Source: a virus
Length of the DNA: 64,000 bases
Strand: one strand, 5' to 3'
IMG/VR virus record: IMGVR_UViG_3300027798_000017
Coordinates: 59,253-123,252 of that record
This document shows, piece after piece, positions 36,727 to 47,500 of the stretch. A program made the translations under genes and the position numbers. Each line of letters starts with the position of its first letter. Positions within the stretch are counted from its first letter, which is position 1. The notes under the pieces were generated by a model. The model was given only the letters and a program-made list of their open reading frames with translations. It did not search any database and was not told the DNA's origin.

Positions 36727-36737
36727 ATAAGATAGTA
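36727..36737 (-). promoter_or_regulatory. Candidate late promoter motif TACTATCTTAT
   Basis: Identical 11-mer at 44529-44539; both head minus-strand late operons. Confidence 0.5.
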
Positions 36738-36871
36738 CAAATATCTGAAATTACATGGAATTACTTACACATTTTTAAAAAAAAAATTATTATAATCATT
36801 TGGCACAAAACTTAAAATTTACGATATTTGTTGCCCTTCCTTTTTTTATATAAAACCTTAAAATTATAATT

Positions 36872-38779
36872 ATGACAGAAACAAAAGCTAACGCTGACGT
36901 TACCCCTTGGGGACCAGTAGGTTATGTTACGTATAAGCGTACATATTCAAGACCTACAAAAAGTGGAAAATCAGAAGAATGGTCTGATACAATTGAACGT
37001 GTGGTTGAATCATGCAGAGACCAACTAAATGTTGGATTTACAGAAGCAGAAGAGCATGCACTTAGAGAGATTATGCTAAAATTAAAAGGTACAGTAGCAG
37101 GAAGATTTTTGTGGCAATTAGGTACAAAAACCGTTGACAAATTAGGACTACCATCTTTGCAAAATTGTGCCTTTGTTGTTTGTGATGAACCTATTAGACC
37201 TTTTACATGGGCATTTGAAATGCTTATGCTAGGTTCAGGTGTAGGATTTAACATTCAGCGTGAGCATGTGTACCAAATACCTAAGATTTTGAAGAAGGTA
37301 AAAGTAGAGCGCATTGATGTGAATGACGCTGACTTTATTGTGCCTGATTCAAGAGAAGGTTGGGTAGAACTTATGAGACGTGTGCTTGAAGCATCATTTA
37401 TAACAGGCAAAGGATTTACTTATGCTTGTCATTTGATACGCTCAAAAGGATCACCTATTAAAGGTTTTGGAGGAACTGCATCAGGACCACAAGATTTAGT
37501 ATGGGGTATTGGAGAAATTAACACTATTCTTAATGCAAGATCAGGTAAAAGAGTACGTCCTGTTGACTGCCTTGACATTATGAACATTATTGGACGTATT
37601 GTTGTTGCAGGTAATGTTAGACGCTCAGCTCAAATTGCACTAGGTGACTATGATGATTTTGAGTTTCTACGTGCAAAACGCTGGGACCTTGGAGGAATTC
37701 CTAACTGGCGTGCAATGAGCAACAACTCAGTAATATGTGATGACATAACAAAGTTGCCAGAAGAATTTTGGGAAGGTTACAATGGTAATGGTGAACCGTA
37801 TGGTTTAATAAATCTTGATGCTGCTCGCAGAATGGGTAGAACAGGTGACACTACATATCCAGATCCTGAAGTAATGGGTTTTAATCCATGTGCAGAACAG
37901 TCTTTAGCTAATTATGAGACTTGTTGCTTGGCAGAAATATATCTTCCAAATATCAACTCGTATGCTGATTTAGCTAAAACAGCTTTAATCCTTTACAGAA
38001 TCAATAAACATTCTTTGGCTATGAAATGTGAAATCAAAGAAACTGAAGACATTGTACACAAAAACATGAGAATGGGTATTGGTGTTACAGGATATCTTCA
38101 AGCTTCTGATGAACAACGTAGTTGGCTTTCTGAGTGTTACAATTTACTAAGAAGGTATGATACTGAGTATAGTGAAAAGAATGGATTTAATCCATCAATA
38201 AAACTTACAACAGTAAAACCTTCAGGCACATTAAGTTTGTTAGCTGGAGTGACCTCTGGTGCTCATCCTGCATACTCTGAGTTTTACATACGCAGAATTA
38301 GAATGTCTTCTGATAGTCCAGTTGTTAATGTGTGTAGAAAGAATGGGTTTCCATTAGAGTTCCAGCGTAATTTTGATGGCACTGAAGATCATAGTACTGT
38401 TGTAGTATCATTTCCATGCAAGTTTCCAAAAGGAACATTGCTAGCAAATGACATGACTGCAGTTGATCAGCTTGAAGTAATCAAACGTTTACAAACAGAA
38501 TGGTCTGACAATGCTGTTTCAGTTACAATTTACTATCGCAAGCATGAGCTTGATGAAATTAAAGCGTGGCTGGTGAGTAACTATTTCAATGTTAAGTCAG
38601 TGTCTTTCTTATTGCACAATGAGCATGGTTTTGATCAAGCACCATTGGAAGAAATTACAGAAGAGAAATATCTTGAGCTTTCAGCAACAGTTGTTCCAAT
38701 TTCATCATTTGATAGTACTATCAATCTTGATGATATGGACATTGCAGATTGTGAAGGAGGAGCTTGTCCTGTTAGATAA
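36872..38779 (+). CDS. nrdJ: Class II (adenosylcobalamin-dependent) ribonucleotide reductase, monomeric RTPR-like
   Basis: YKRTYSR, GRFLW, QNCAF, GNVRRSA, NPCAEQ, TVKPSGT, C-terminal CEGGACPVR. Confidence 0.95.
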   Translation: MTETKANADVTPWGPVGYVTYKRTYSRPTKSGKSEEWSDTIERVVESCRDQLNVGFTEAEEHALREIMLKLKGTVAGRFLWQLGTKTVDKLGLPSLQNCAFVVCDEPIRPFTWAFEMLMLGSGVGFNIQREHVYQIPKILKKVKVERIDVNDADFIVPDSREGWVELMRRVLEASFITGKGFTYACHLIRSKGSPIKGFGGTASGPQDLVWGIGEINTILNARSGKRVRPVDCLDIMNIIGRIVVAGNVRRSAQIALGDYDDFEFLRAKRWDLGGIPNWRAMSNNSVICDDITKLPEEFWEGYNGNGEPYGLINLDAARRMGRTGDTTYPDPEVMGFNPCAEQSLANYETCCLAEIYLPNINSYADLAKTALILYRINKHSLAMKCEIKETEDIVHKNMRMGIGVTGYLQASDEQRSWLSECYNLLRRYDTEYSEKNGFNPSIKLTTVKPSGTLSLLAGVTSGAHPAYSEFYIRRIRMSSDSPVVNVCRKNGFPLEFQRNFDGTEDHSTVVVSFPCKFPKGTLLANDMTAVDQLEVIKRLQTEWSDNAVSVTIYYRKHELDEIKAWLVSNYFNVKSVSFLLHNEHGFDQAPLEEITEEKYLELSATVVPISSFDSTINLDDMDIADCEGGACPVR

Positions 38780-38785
38780 TCACAA

Positions 38786-38815
38786 AAGGCTGTGTAAAAG
38801 CAGCCTTATTTTTTT
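38786..38815 (+). terminator. Intrinsic terminator
   Basis: AAGGCTG-TGTAAAAG-CAGCCTT followed by a T run. Confidence 0.7.
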
Positions 38816-38820
38816 ATATT

Positions 38821-39072
38821 ATGGAAGTTTTATGCATTAATTCTGACAAACTACCTCCTGGAGGAGAAATTGAAGAAGGTATGAATTATTCAGTTGAAAC
38901 TGAGTTCATCAATAACTTTGAGCAAAAAGTCTACATCATTAAAGGTGTGACAAATAAAGGAAGAACCAAATATGGTTTACCCTGGATTGGCTATAGAGCA
39001 GACAGATTTGTTCCCTTACAAGAACACTCTGCATCTGCAAAAGAAAAAAAATACGAACATTTATTAAACTAA
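38821..39072 (+). CDS. Hypothetical protein
   Basis: VLCIN...IEEG..Y.V...Y.ADRF pattern. Confidence 0.7.
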   Translation: MEVLCINSDKLPPGGEIEEGMNYSVETEFINNFEQKVYIIKGVTNKGRTKYGLPWIGYRADRFVPLQEHSASAKEKKYEHLLN

Positions 39073-39073
39073 C

Positions 39074-39679
39074 ATGAAAGAATTCTTTGATTACTTGGTT
39101 AAGCACAAGCTTAGTCCAAATGGCTTCTACGTGTTACATTCTATGTTCAATGGCTATGAGCATTCAAATTTCATTAATGTACGCAGTGAGCAGTATCGTC
39201 TTGCTTTATCTGATTACATGAAAGAAGTGAATGGTATCTATGTGCTAACAACCCTTGGAAAAGGAGTTTTACGCAATGGTCAAAAGATATTAGAAAAAGC
39301 ACCACCAAAAAAGAAAGTACCATTTGAAGAATGGGAAGAAAACATCATCAGGTACAATGAGCATTTTCCTAAAGGAAAACGTCCTGATTCAGCACATGCT
39401 TATCGCACAAACCCTAAAGAACTTTATGACAGATTCATTTGGTTTTTTAATGAGTATCCTGAGTACACTTGGGATCTTGTATTTCAAGCAATAGGTCAAT
39501 ATGCTGATGCATTTAATGAATCTGGTGACTACCAGTACATGTCAAACTCTAAGTATTTTGTTAAGAAAGAAGATAAGAATAAACAAGTAACATCTAATCT
39601 TGGAACAATGTGTTGGAATATTGTTGAAGGTAATGACGCAGATATTGTGAATGAAGGTTTTCATTACTTTGGTCCATGA
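39074..39679 (+). CDS. Conserved crAss-like protein, possible winged-helix/replication-associated
   Basis: LSPNGFYVL, LT.LG, FPKGKRP, RF.WFF.EYPEYTW, YM.NS.YF. Confidence 0.65.
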   Translation: MKEFFDYLVKHKLSPNGFYVLHSMFNGYEHSNFINVRSEQYRLALSDYMKEVNGIYVLTTLGKGVLRNGQKILEKAPPKKKVPFEEWEENIIRYNEHFPKGKRPDSAHAYRTNPKELYDRFIWFFNEYPEYTWDLVFQAIGQYADAFNESGDYQYMSNSKYFVKKEDKNKQVTSNLGTMCWNIVEGNDADIVNEGFHYFGP

Positions 39680-39951
39680 GTGGAGATGTACATGACATAA
39701 ATCTTATTCATGATTTGATAAAATCTGGATATTCTATTGAAAGAATAAATCAAATGACTGGATACACAATCTCATATTTGACAAGAAACTTTAAATGCTT
39801 CTATAAGAAGAAAGAAGATTCAATATTTGGATATAAAGATTCTGCATATTATTTTACAGAAGATGAGATGCTTTCTGAACCTGTATACACCTATGAAAGT
39901 CTCAGTGATTCTGAGAAAGCAATTTATGATGAACTGGCAGATGATGATTAG
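39676..39951 (+). CDS. Small HTH-like protein
   Basis: LIKSGYSIERINQMTGYTISYL resembles a helix-turn-helix. Confidence 0.55.
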   Translation: MSGDVHDINLIHDLIKSGYSIERINQMTGYTISYLTRNFKCFYKKKEDSIFGYKDSAYYFTEDEMLSEPVYTYESLSDSEKAIYDELADDD

Positions 39952-40181
39952 TCTACCATCTCATCTTTTTTAGAAGAATCCATAACAGTCAATTGTGACA
40001 AGGCAGCAGTAATGCTACCAGTCACTACAAGGTATCCACTGATTGTTACAAAAGCAGTAGGTAAAGCAATAGGTGCTGCAATTAATATAGTACCTATTGC
40101 ACCTGCAGCTAATCCAATTTTCTGTACTATTTTCCAGAACTTAGGAGTTGGTGCATTCCATCTTGTTTTCAACTCTTTCAT
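39948..40181 (-). CDS. Second putative holin/membrane protein
   Basis: RW.APTPKFW..VQ.IG followed by two hydrophobic helices. Confidence 0.65.
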   Translation of the reverse strand: MKELKTRWNAPTPKFWKIVQKIGLAAGAIGTILIAAPIALPTAFVTISGYLVVTGSITAALSQLTVMDSSKKDEMVD

Positions 40182-40215
40182 TTATCTTTGTTTAATACAA
40201 GCATTTTTACTTAGC

Positions 40216-40527
40216 TTATAGCATATCAATTATTACTTCATATCCTTGTTGCTCATAAGCTATCTTAGCATATTTGTGAGCTGTATCTAAAGATTGTACT
40301 TCTGTTGGCTCAAGATTAGCTTTATAGTTACCAATAGGAACATCTGTATAAAGCATTTTACCTTCTTCAAATGTTGTTATGTTAGCAAATGTTGCTACTT
40401 CACCTTCAATAGTAGTACCTGGAAAATCTCCTAAGAATCTAATTCTACCATAAACTTGTGTAAGTTCAATGTCAGTTCCTGAAATTGTAATCTTTTTTTC
40501 TTCTGTTGCTCTAATTAAAATTGCCAT
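40216..40527 (-). CDS. Small tail-fibre-associated protein
   Basis: Immediately downstream of a fibre gene. Confidence 0.55.
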   Translation of the reverse strand: MAILIRATEEKKITISGTDIELTQVYGRIRFLGDFPGTTIEGEVATFANITTFEEGKMLYTDVPIGNYKANLEPTEVQSLDTAHKYAKIAYEQQGYEVIIDML

Positions 40528-40539
40528 ACTATATATTTT

Positions 40540-41718
40540 TTATGCTAAGATTCCTAAATTTCGCAATGCTCTAACTACTTTTTCAAGCGTATAGCCATCA
40601 AAAGTGTCATCGTGTTTTACAGTGCCACCACTTCCACTAACTACTGTGGCAGGTGTTACTGCTGTTGTTTCTTGATACAACTTAACAATAGAGCCATTCT
40701 CTGTTCTAAAATGTGGAGCAGCATTGCCTGTTGTTATGTCATTTGAGTATTGTTTATATCCATCTGTAATTGAACCTGTTGGTGCTGTACCGTTGGGTAT
40801 ATAAATAGTATGACTATCAGCTATATTTTCCGTTGGAGTTCCTATTAAAATATTTGACCTTCCCGTAATTGATGCTCTTGTTGTTGGGGTAGAATTATTA
40901 TAATTTAAGTCAAAGTCAAATTGACAATTTTGAAATACACCACTTCCGCCAAGATGCGTATGTTTCATTTTTAAAATTCCTCCAATATTTCCAAAATCAT
41001 TTCCAGTCCATGTGGTTGTAAATGCTATACCATTTTGTCCATTAACATCACTATTGCTATTGAAACAAGCAGGTATATTTGGATTAGTAGTACTACTGTT
41101 AACATGAAATCTATAATTTGCAGTTGTTCTACCTACTGCTAATTTGCCATCAGCCCCAGCATTAAACCATGATGTTCCTTGTAAAACACCACTTAAATTA
41201 ATCATGTTACCAAAATTATTGCCTACATACAAGCCATTTGCTGGGTCAAATTCAGTATAATATGTTGAACCTTGCATTCTTGTCTTACCATCACCAGTTG
41301 ATTGAAAAGTATTAAGTGTATCAGCACTATTCCTAACTCTAAATGCTATGTCAGTTGATAATGCACCTTGCGACCTTACATCAAGACTTACTGTACTTGC
41401 AGGTGTAGCACCTATTCCTAATCTTTTATTAGTATTATCCCAAAAGAATGCGGCATCTTGCTGAACTACTCCTCCTGCTTGAAAAAACACTCTACCATCT
41501 GTTCCTGTTGAAGTTGTTGTACCTACTGTGATTCCTCCTGCTGCTGCACTAAATATTTCTTGGACAACTCCTGTAGAATCCTTATAATGCACTAACTTAT
41601 CTGCCTTATTATAAAAATAAGTTGAGTTAGATACACTACTCCAATCTGCCGAACTATCAGTAACTACTGTGTAGTTAATAGCACCTGCCATTGATGTTGT
41701 CACTGTTGTTATTGCCAT
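40540..41718 (-). CDS. Tail fibre / receptor-binding protein
   Basis: FFWDNTNKRLGIG.TP repeats, G/T/N-rich, C-terminal helix GYTLEKVVRALRNLGILA. Confidence 0.8.
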   Translation of the reverse strand: MAITTVTTSMAGAINYTVVTDSSADWSSVSNSTYFYNKADKLVHYKDSTGVVQEIFSAAAGGITVGTTTSTGTDGRVFFQAGGVVQQDAAFFWDNTNKRLGIGATPASTVSLDVRSQGALSTDIAFRVRNSADTLNTFQSTGDGKTRMQGSTYYTEFDPANGLYVGNNFGNMINLSGVLQGTSWFNAGADGKLAVGRTTANYRFHVNSSTTNPNIPACFNSNSDVNGQNGIAFTTTWTGNDFGNIGGILKMKHTHLGGSGVFQNCQFDFDLNYNNSTPTTRASITGRSNILIGTPTENIADSHTIYIPNGTAPTGSITDGYKQYSNDITTGNAAPHFRTENGSIVKLYQETTAVTPATVVSGSGGTVKHDDTFDGYTLEKVVRALRNLGILA

Positions 41719-41720
41719 GA

Positions 41721-42035
41721 TTAAACTGTAAATGTATTATAAAAGTTATCAAATACTAATTTTTCAGAGTCTGATAAAGCATCATAAAGTACATCATGCA
41801 TTGATTTAACTTCTAATGATTCAACTAATAAAAGAACATATCTTTTTACATCTTCCTCTGTTATAAAAACTTGATTATATTTTTCTGGAGTTTTGCTATT
41901 TACCAAATCAATAAAACTTTGATAAGATAAAGATTCATTTCCTGATAAATCACTTATCATATGTGTTGTTACAACTGACTCAACACTACTTATTATTTCA
42001 TTATAATCTAATAAGATATCTATTTTTGTTATCAT
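41721..42035 (-). CDS. Small tail-associated protein
   Basis: Coupled downstream of the beta-helix gene. Confidence 0.55.
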   Translation of the reverse strand: MITKIDILLDYNEIISSVESVVTTHMISDLSGNESLSYQSFIDLVNSKTPEKYNQVFITEEDVKRYVLLLVESLEVKSMHDVLYDALSDSEKLVFDNFYNTFTV

Positions 42036-43363
42036 AATAATATATTTCCTTGATTATCTTGAGTATTAATTATTCCTTGTGTCACATTAACATTAACTGG
42101 TGTGGATGCAATTTTAAATGAATTGTTTGAGTATTTACAGTCACTTGCTGCTACTGAATTTATGCAATTAGCTGATGCATTTACAGTCTCAAGTACACAA
42201 TTTATAATTTGATTTTTTGCTTGTCCAGAACTATCATTGCCTGTTCCACTTATCCTGACTGCATGACCTCCTGCATTATTCCAAGTAGAGGATATTGTAC
42301 AATTTATTAAATATGCACCAGATGGAACATTTGCCACAATAGCACCACCAGAGCTGAAAAATCCATTATAGTATTTATATCTACCATCACCATAATTGAA
42401 ATGAATAAATATTGCATGATTTGTAGAAGAATACCCCCAACAACCATTGGTTACAACTGAATAATAACAAATTCCAGAAGTTGTTATAGCAACGCAATTA
42501 TTTGCTGATCCTGAACCTGAATTAACAAGAGGACCAGTAGAATCAAAACAATTTCCTGTATTAGTTGTAACAGTACAATTATAAGAAGAACCAGCATTAA
42601 TACCTATACCACTTGTTATACAGTTGACAACACATTCTCTTGTTGTGGAGTTGCTAATACCACATCCACTTTGAGTTTGTATTATACATTGCTTTAAAGT
42701 ACAACTATATGCTCCACTAGAAGTTCCATTACATGTAATAATAGCATTATTTAATGTAATAACTTGAGATCCAATAAATGCAGTACCAGCACCATTTGTA
42801 ACACAATTTACACTATTTAATATTGCTGATTTCAATGCATCTGTTGATGCAATTTGTGAGTTACCAGATGTAACAGTATACTTAATAACGCAACTATTAA
42901 AGTCAACTGTTGACGTAGCATATAAAGAAGTTGCTGTAAAGGCAAATATTACAGCACCAGTTGATGTAGTATTAGTTCTTGTAATATTTATATTATAAAA
43001 AGCAAATGTACCACTAGCATTTGCTGAATCAGAAAACATTATACCAGAGTTATTAGTATAGGTATATGTGTGACCATTACCATTTATAATAACTCCACTT
43101 TTCATAGCAATAGTAACATTTCCTGTTTCTGTAACATCAGCAAATAATTCAATAGTCTGTCCTGCTACTGCTGCTGCCATAGCAAGAGTAAAAGTGGTAT
43201 AGTAAGTATATACTCCACTTGCATCTGATATACCCCAAATACCTGATGAAACTGCAGGTATATCATTTATAGTTGCAAATACATTACTTGCAGATGGGTT
43301 ATTTGCACCTACTGCTGCTTGATATTCATCATTAGGCAGATCTCTATTTATAAATGTTTTCAT
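42032..43363 (-). CDS. Tailspike-like right-handed beta-helix protein
   Basis: AA.AGQTIELFADV start; N/C/S/G-rich short strand repeats (NC, INC ladders). Confidence 0.75.
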   Translation of the reverse strand: MKTFINRDLPNDEYQAAVGANNPSASNVFATINDIPAVSSGIWGISDASGVYTYYTTFTLAMAAAVAGQTIELFADVTETGNVTIAMKSGVIINGNGHTYTYTNNSGIMFSDSANASGTFAFYNINITRTNTTSTGAVIFAFTATSLYATSTVDFNSCVIKYTVTSGNSQIASTDALKSAILNSVNCVTNGAGTAFIGSQVITLNNAIITCNGTSSGAYSCTLKQCIIQTQSGCGISNSTTRECVVNCITSGIGINAGSSYNCTVTTNTGNCFDSTGPLVNSGSGSANNCVAITTSGICYYSVVTNGCWGYSSTNHAIFIHFNYGDGRYKYYNGFFSSGGAIVANVPSGAYLINCTISSTWNNAGGHAVRISGTGNDSSGQAKNQIINCVLETVNASANCINSVAASDCKYSNNSFKIASTPVNVNVTQGIINTQDNQGNILL

Positions 43364-43365
43364 AA

Positions 43366-44487
43366 TTAAGAGTTATAAGTTATAATAAGTGGTCCACTTC
43401 CAAGAACGTCATATCCAAATGCACTTGCTGGATAAGTATTGTTACCTCCAGCATCCATTGATATAGAAACACCTGGAGGAATAGTTTCATAACTTGTACC
43501 ACCATCAAAAGTAATTTGCTCATTATCAGAACCACTATTAAAGAATGTAATTGAATATACAGGTACTGCAATAAAACCTGTTCCTGTTATATATACTTTT
43601 AGATTAGGTGTTCTCACAAAAGGAACTTGATTTACATCTAATGCTTGATATGTAGGGCCTCCTGTTGTAGTTAATCTTTCAGGTGCTAGTGAAACTAAAT
43701 CATCTGCATACAATCCTACAGGTAATGGACTTGCAGATGCTACAATTACACCATCAGAACATATTGATACTGAATCAGTTGCACAAACTAAATCTCTAAT
43801 GTCAAGATCTGTAGCAGTAACAGCAATATTTAGATTTGTAATGTTTACATCCAGTGTTCCAGTTGTTAACTCTGTGAGAATATCATCTAATGTAGTTCCT
43901 TGATCAAAAAATTCTGTTGCTTGCGCAGCACAATAAGTAACTGCAACTGCATTACCACAAGTGGTAGTATTTCCAAGTGGACTTATAATGGTAGCATTTA
44001 CACTTCCTCCAGGCCCAACCCATTCAAGTGGCCCTACTGGTGTATACAAAGTACCATCAGGATTATAGTAGTATATTGCAATATATGATTGACTATCTTG
44101 ATCCCAAACTTTTACTTGCAAAACAATTTTATCAAAATTACCAGTATCTATAACAAACACACCTTCAACATCTGTTTGTGCTTGCAAGGTTGCAAGGATT
44201 GAATTTAAAACTGCTGCATTGCTACAAAGACCTGTGTTAAGTGTATACCACGACTCCCAAGTAGCAACGTTTGCATATGGTGCACCAGATTGTTGTCTGA
44301 TGTTTGCAAAAGGTATGCTGTAAAATGCTTGAGGTACACTTTCTGTTCTGAAAAATGTAATATCATAAGTAGTGCTAGGTGTTAGTAGTTTTGTGACAAG
44401 AACATTAGCGCAATGTTCCTCAAAATAATTATCATTCTCATCTATAATAATTATATAGTTGTTGCTTTTATAAACTTTGTAAACCAT
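43366..44487 (-). CDS. Tail/virion structural protein
   Basis: Beta-rich; ATDLDIRDL....DSV motif; heads the fibre operon. Confidence 0.65.
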   Translation of the reverse strand: MVYKVYKSNNYIIIIDENDNYFEEHCANVLVTKLLTPSTTYDITFFRTESVPQAFYSIPFANIRQQSGAPYANVATWESWYTLNTGLCSNAAVLNSILATLQAQTDVEGVFVIDTGNFDKIVLQVKVWDQDSQSYIAIYYYNPDGTLYTPVGPLEWVGPGGSVNATIISPLGNTTTCGNAVAVTYCAAQATEFFDQGTTLDDILTELTTGTLDVNITNLNIAVTATDLDIRDLVCATDSVSICSDGVIVASASPLPVGLYADDLVSLAPERLTTTGGPTYQALDVNQVPFVRTPNLKVYITGTGFIAVPVYSITFFNSGSDNEQITFDGGTSYETIPPGVSISMDAGGNNTYPASAFGYDVLGSGPLIITYNS

Positions 44488-44528
44488 TTTTCTTCAGTTT
44501 TAGTATTTAATGCTGCACTACCTCAGTA

Positions 44529-44539
44529 ATAAGATAGTA
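44529..44539 (-). promoter_or_regulatory. Candidate late promoter motif TACTATCTTAT
   Basis: Identical to 36727-36737, in the 73-nt gap before ATG 44487. Confidence 0.5.
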
Positions 44540-44560
44540 ATTATTTTTTTATCATCAAAA

Positions 44561-47500
44561 TTATTGATTACGTTTTAGTACATCAATTTTATAATTTGGA
44601 TCAAGTATATCTCTAAAGTTTTTAAGACCAGTTAAATCTACAAAATCTTTTCCAAATTTTGCATCACCCTTTTCATAAGCTCCTGATTTTCTTGAATAGA
44701 AAGCATCTTTCCAAACTTCCTGATACAATTCAGAATCATAATTTGGATCTGGTTCTTCACCACCATTCATTGTCATAGCCATGCCATATTTTAAACCATG
44801 GTTGAGCATCTTAATTGTTGCTGAGAATTCACGTACAAATGGTATTGCTGTAGTAAAATTCTTAACATACTCCTGAGAACCTTCTCCAACTGGAAACATA
44901 GAAACAGTTTCTGCTTTTGTACCCCAAATAACTCTTATTGCATTACCTTCAAGTATACTCAACTCCTCATCATCATCATCTCTACGCCTTACAAATGATA
45001 ATAACAACATACTAATCACTGTGAGCAATGCCATTGCAATTGCATCACGTCTTGCATGATGCACACGTTTTGAATAAAAATCTCCAGCATCAACTGTCTT
45101 AACAACAGTACCTGTTTTTGGATCTTTTATTACATATGTTTTTACACCACCTGAAAGTCCCATCTTAGAAAGTGTATCTGAACCCACAAGAAATTCTTTC
45201 ATAGTATTTCCAACACCAAAAAGTTTCATTGCTCTTCCAAAAGCTCTCCAATATCCAATTGATACTTCTGAACCTTCCCAGTTAGGACGCAAGTATCCAA
45301 ATCTATTTAAGAATTGTGGAACCAAGAATTTTCTAAAAAAGAAAACCATCTTACCAAGTACCCTACTTTCAAATTCTGTTTGATCTGCACTAGCATAGTT
45401 ACCTTGTGCTCTACGCATTTCTGAATAAATAATATTTCTTATACGCTTTTCATCTTCTTTAGTATAGTTTACATCATTTCTGATAACCAAGTTTCCATCA
45501 ACATCTTTAATGTATGCCTCATGAGATGACACCATTACAATTTCACCTTTAGCATCACGTTTAAAGATCTTATCACCTGTAATAGGATCAATGCTTTCAA
45601 TTTGTTCAAATTTATAGTTATTCATTATTGCATACATTACTGTAACTGCAATTTCTGTATCACCTTTATCTTGAAGCATATATCCAAGATCACCAATAGA
45701 TGTTAATTTCTCAGCAAGCCTGCGTCCTTTTGAACCTGATGAATCTTGAAAGTATTTAATAATATCTTTTTGTGCAGGATTCATCATTCTATAAAGCATT
45801 GTTGTTTCAGACAAGTCAGATATGCGTCCCCAATCCTTAAGATAGTTTGACAAAAATCCACTGTATCCATATACTTTACCTTTTGCAAAAAGCCAATCTT
45901 TCTTACTGTAGTGTGCGCTATCGCTACCACCAGCAGCTAAAAAAGCTTGAACATTACCTGACGTATAGTTTTTTGTTTGATTGGCAATGTCAAATCCAAT
46001 TCTGATAAAACTAGTGTACTTAAAGAATCCATCAATAACTTTTTTTGTAGCTCTACCAGCATCAGTTGTGTTTTCAGTTATACCATACAAGAACTTCTTG
46101 TTTTCAAATTCAACAATCTTTAAAAGATTATCTATCTCAGCAAGTTTTTTCTCTATGTCAATTTTTGTTTTTTCTCCAGTTTTTTCATCTGTAACATAAA
46201 TCTCACCTTTCAAACGATCCTTTGCCAATTGATTACGCTGCAGTTTCATAAACTCAATAAATCCCTTAGATACAGGTGCAACTTCTTGCATAGAAATGTT
46301 CATGTGAGCTTCAGTAGTCCACTTCATAAAAGAACCAATCGCATCTGAAGATTGTATTTCTTCTCCTAATTGATTAGAAAAACGCATTCTTATACGTGAA
46401 CTAATATCACCATAAATGTTTTCTGACATATCTTGTTGACCCATTGCTTTAAAATGCTTGTCAACAAATGACTTATACTGTTTAGAAAAACCTTTTCCAA
46501 AACTCTCATTTGCAATACCTTCTATCAAAGATGACGCAAATCCTGGAACTTGGTATCCAATTTTTCTACCTTCAATTTTCTTTTGTAAATCAAAGTATAT
46601 ATCCATCATGCTATTATAAAAATCAAACTGTTCTTTGTTATTTAAAAGCTGAAGATATTTATCACTAATGTTTTTACTTGGACCAGCTTTAGGATCAATA
46701 TAATAATGACCATCACTGTCTACTTTTATTTCTTTTGGTAATGGAACACCTTCAGGTCCTTTTATAAAATTTGGATTGTAAGCTCCTGGTTTCATATTCA
46801 ATCTACCAGAAACATGAAGTGCTTTTATATTTTCAGGATCTTCTTGTAATTCTTCTATTTGTGCATTTGATAATCTTTTGTCATCCAGTGTCCAGTTACC
46901 AAGACGTAAACGTTTTACTTTATAATATTTTGGATTTGGTACTTGTTCCATGTACTTATCTACAACAGTAGCTGAAGGAAGTCTTTCAAAGTTAAATGAT
47001 TTAGGAACCTTGTATGCTCTTAAATCTTTTTTAACTGTGATACTTTCATACTTATTGTAATGATTTTTTTCAAACCATGTTTGAAATTCACCTTCTACTC
47101 TACCAAATCTAGTAACAGCAAATATAACATCATCTTCAGCTGCTTGTATATCAGCATCCACACCTTTATTTCTTGCAAGTGTGAGATTGTTTTGTGATAA
47201 CACAATCTGAGTATAAGCATTCTCAAGAATTCTATATCTAGTGTCAAACTCTTTATTGTAAATTGGATTAATTTCAAATGAAACAAGTTTTCTTATTTCT
47301 TGAGTTATCCTTGCAACTTCTCTTTTTTCATCTTTTGTAAGAGTTGAAGGTGTGCCTTTTTTACCTTCAATGATATCTTCTATTTCAGCCTCAATAGAAT
47401 CAAGTTCCATAACTTCCTCATCAGTCAAATACTTAGGATTAAATCTTCCTGCATTTTTGTAAGGAGCCATGATACGTTTTTTTCTATCAAACAACTCTTT

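Noticed and set aside
31995-38779. Inteins or group I introns in PolB or RNR
   Set aside because: Both have compact lengths with contiguous motifs and no visible splice signatures
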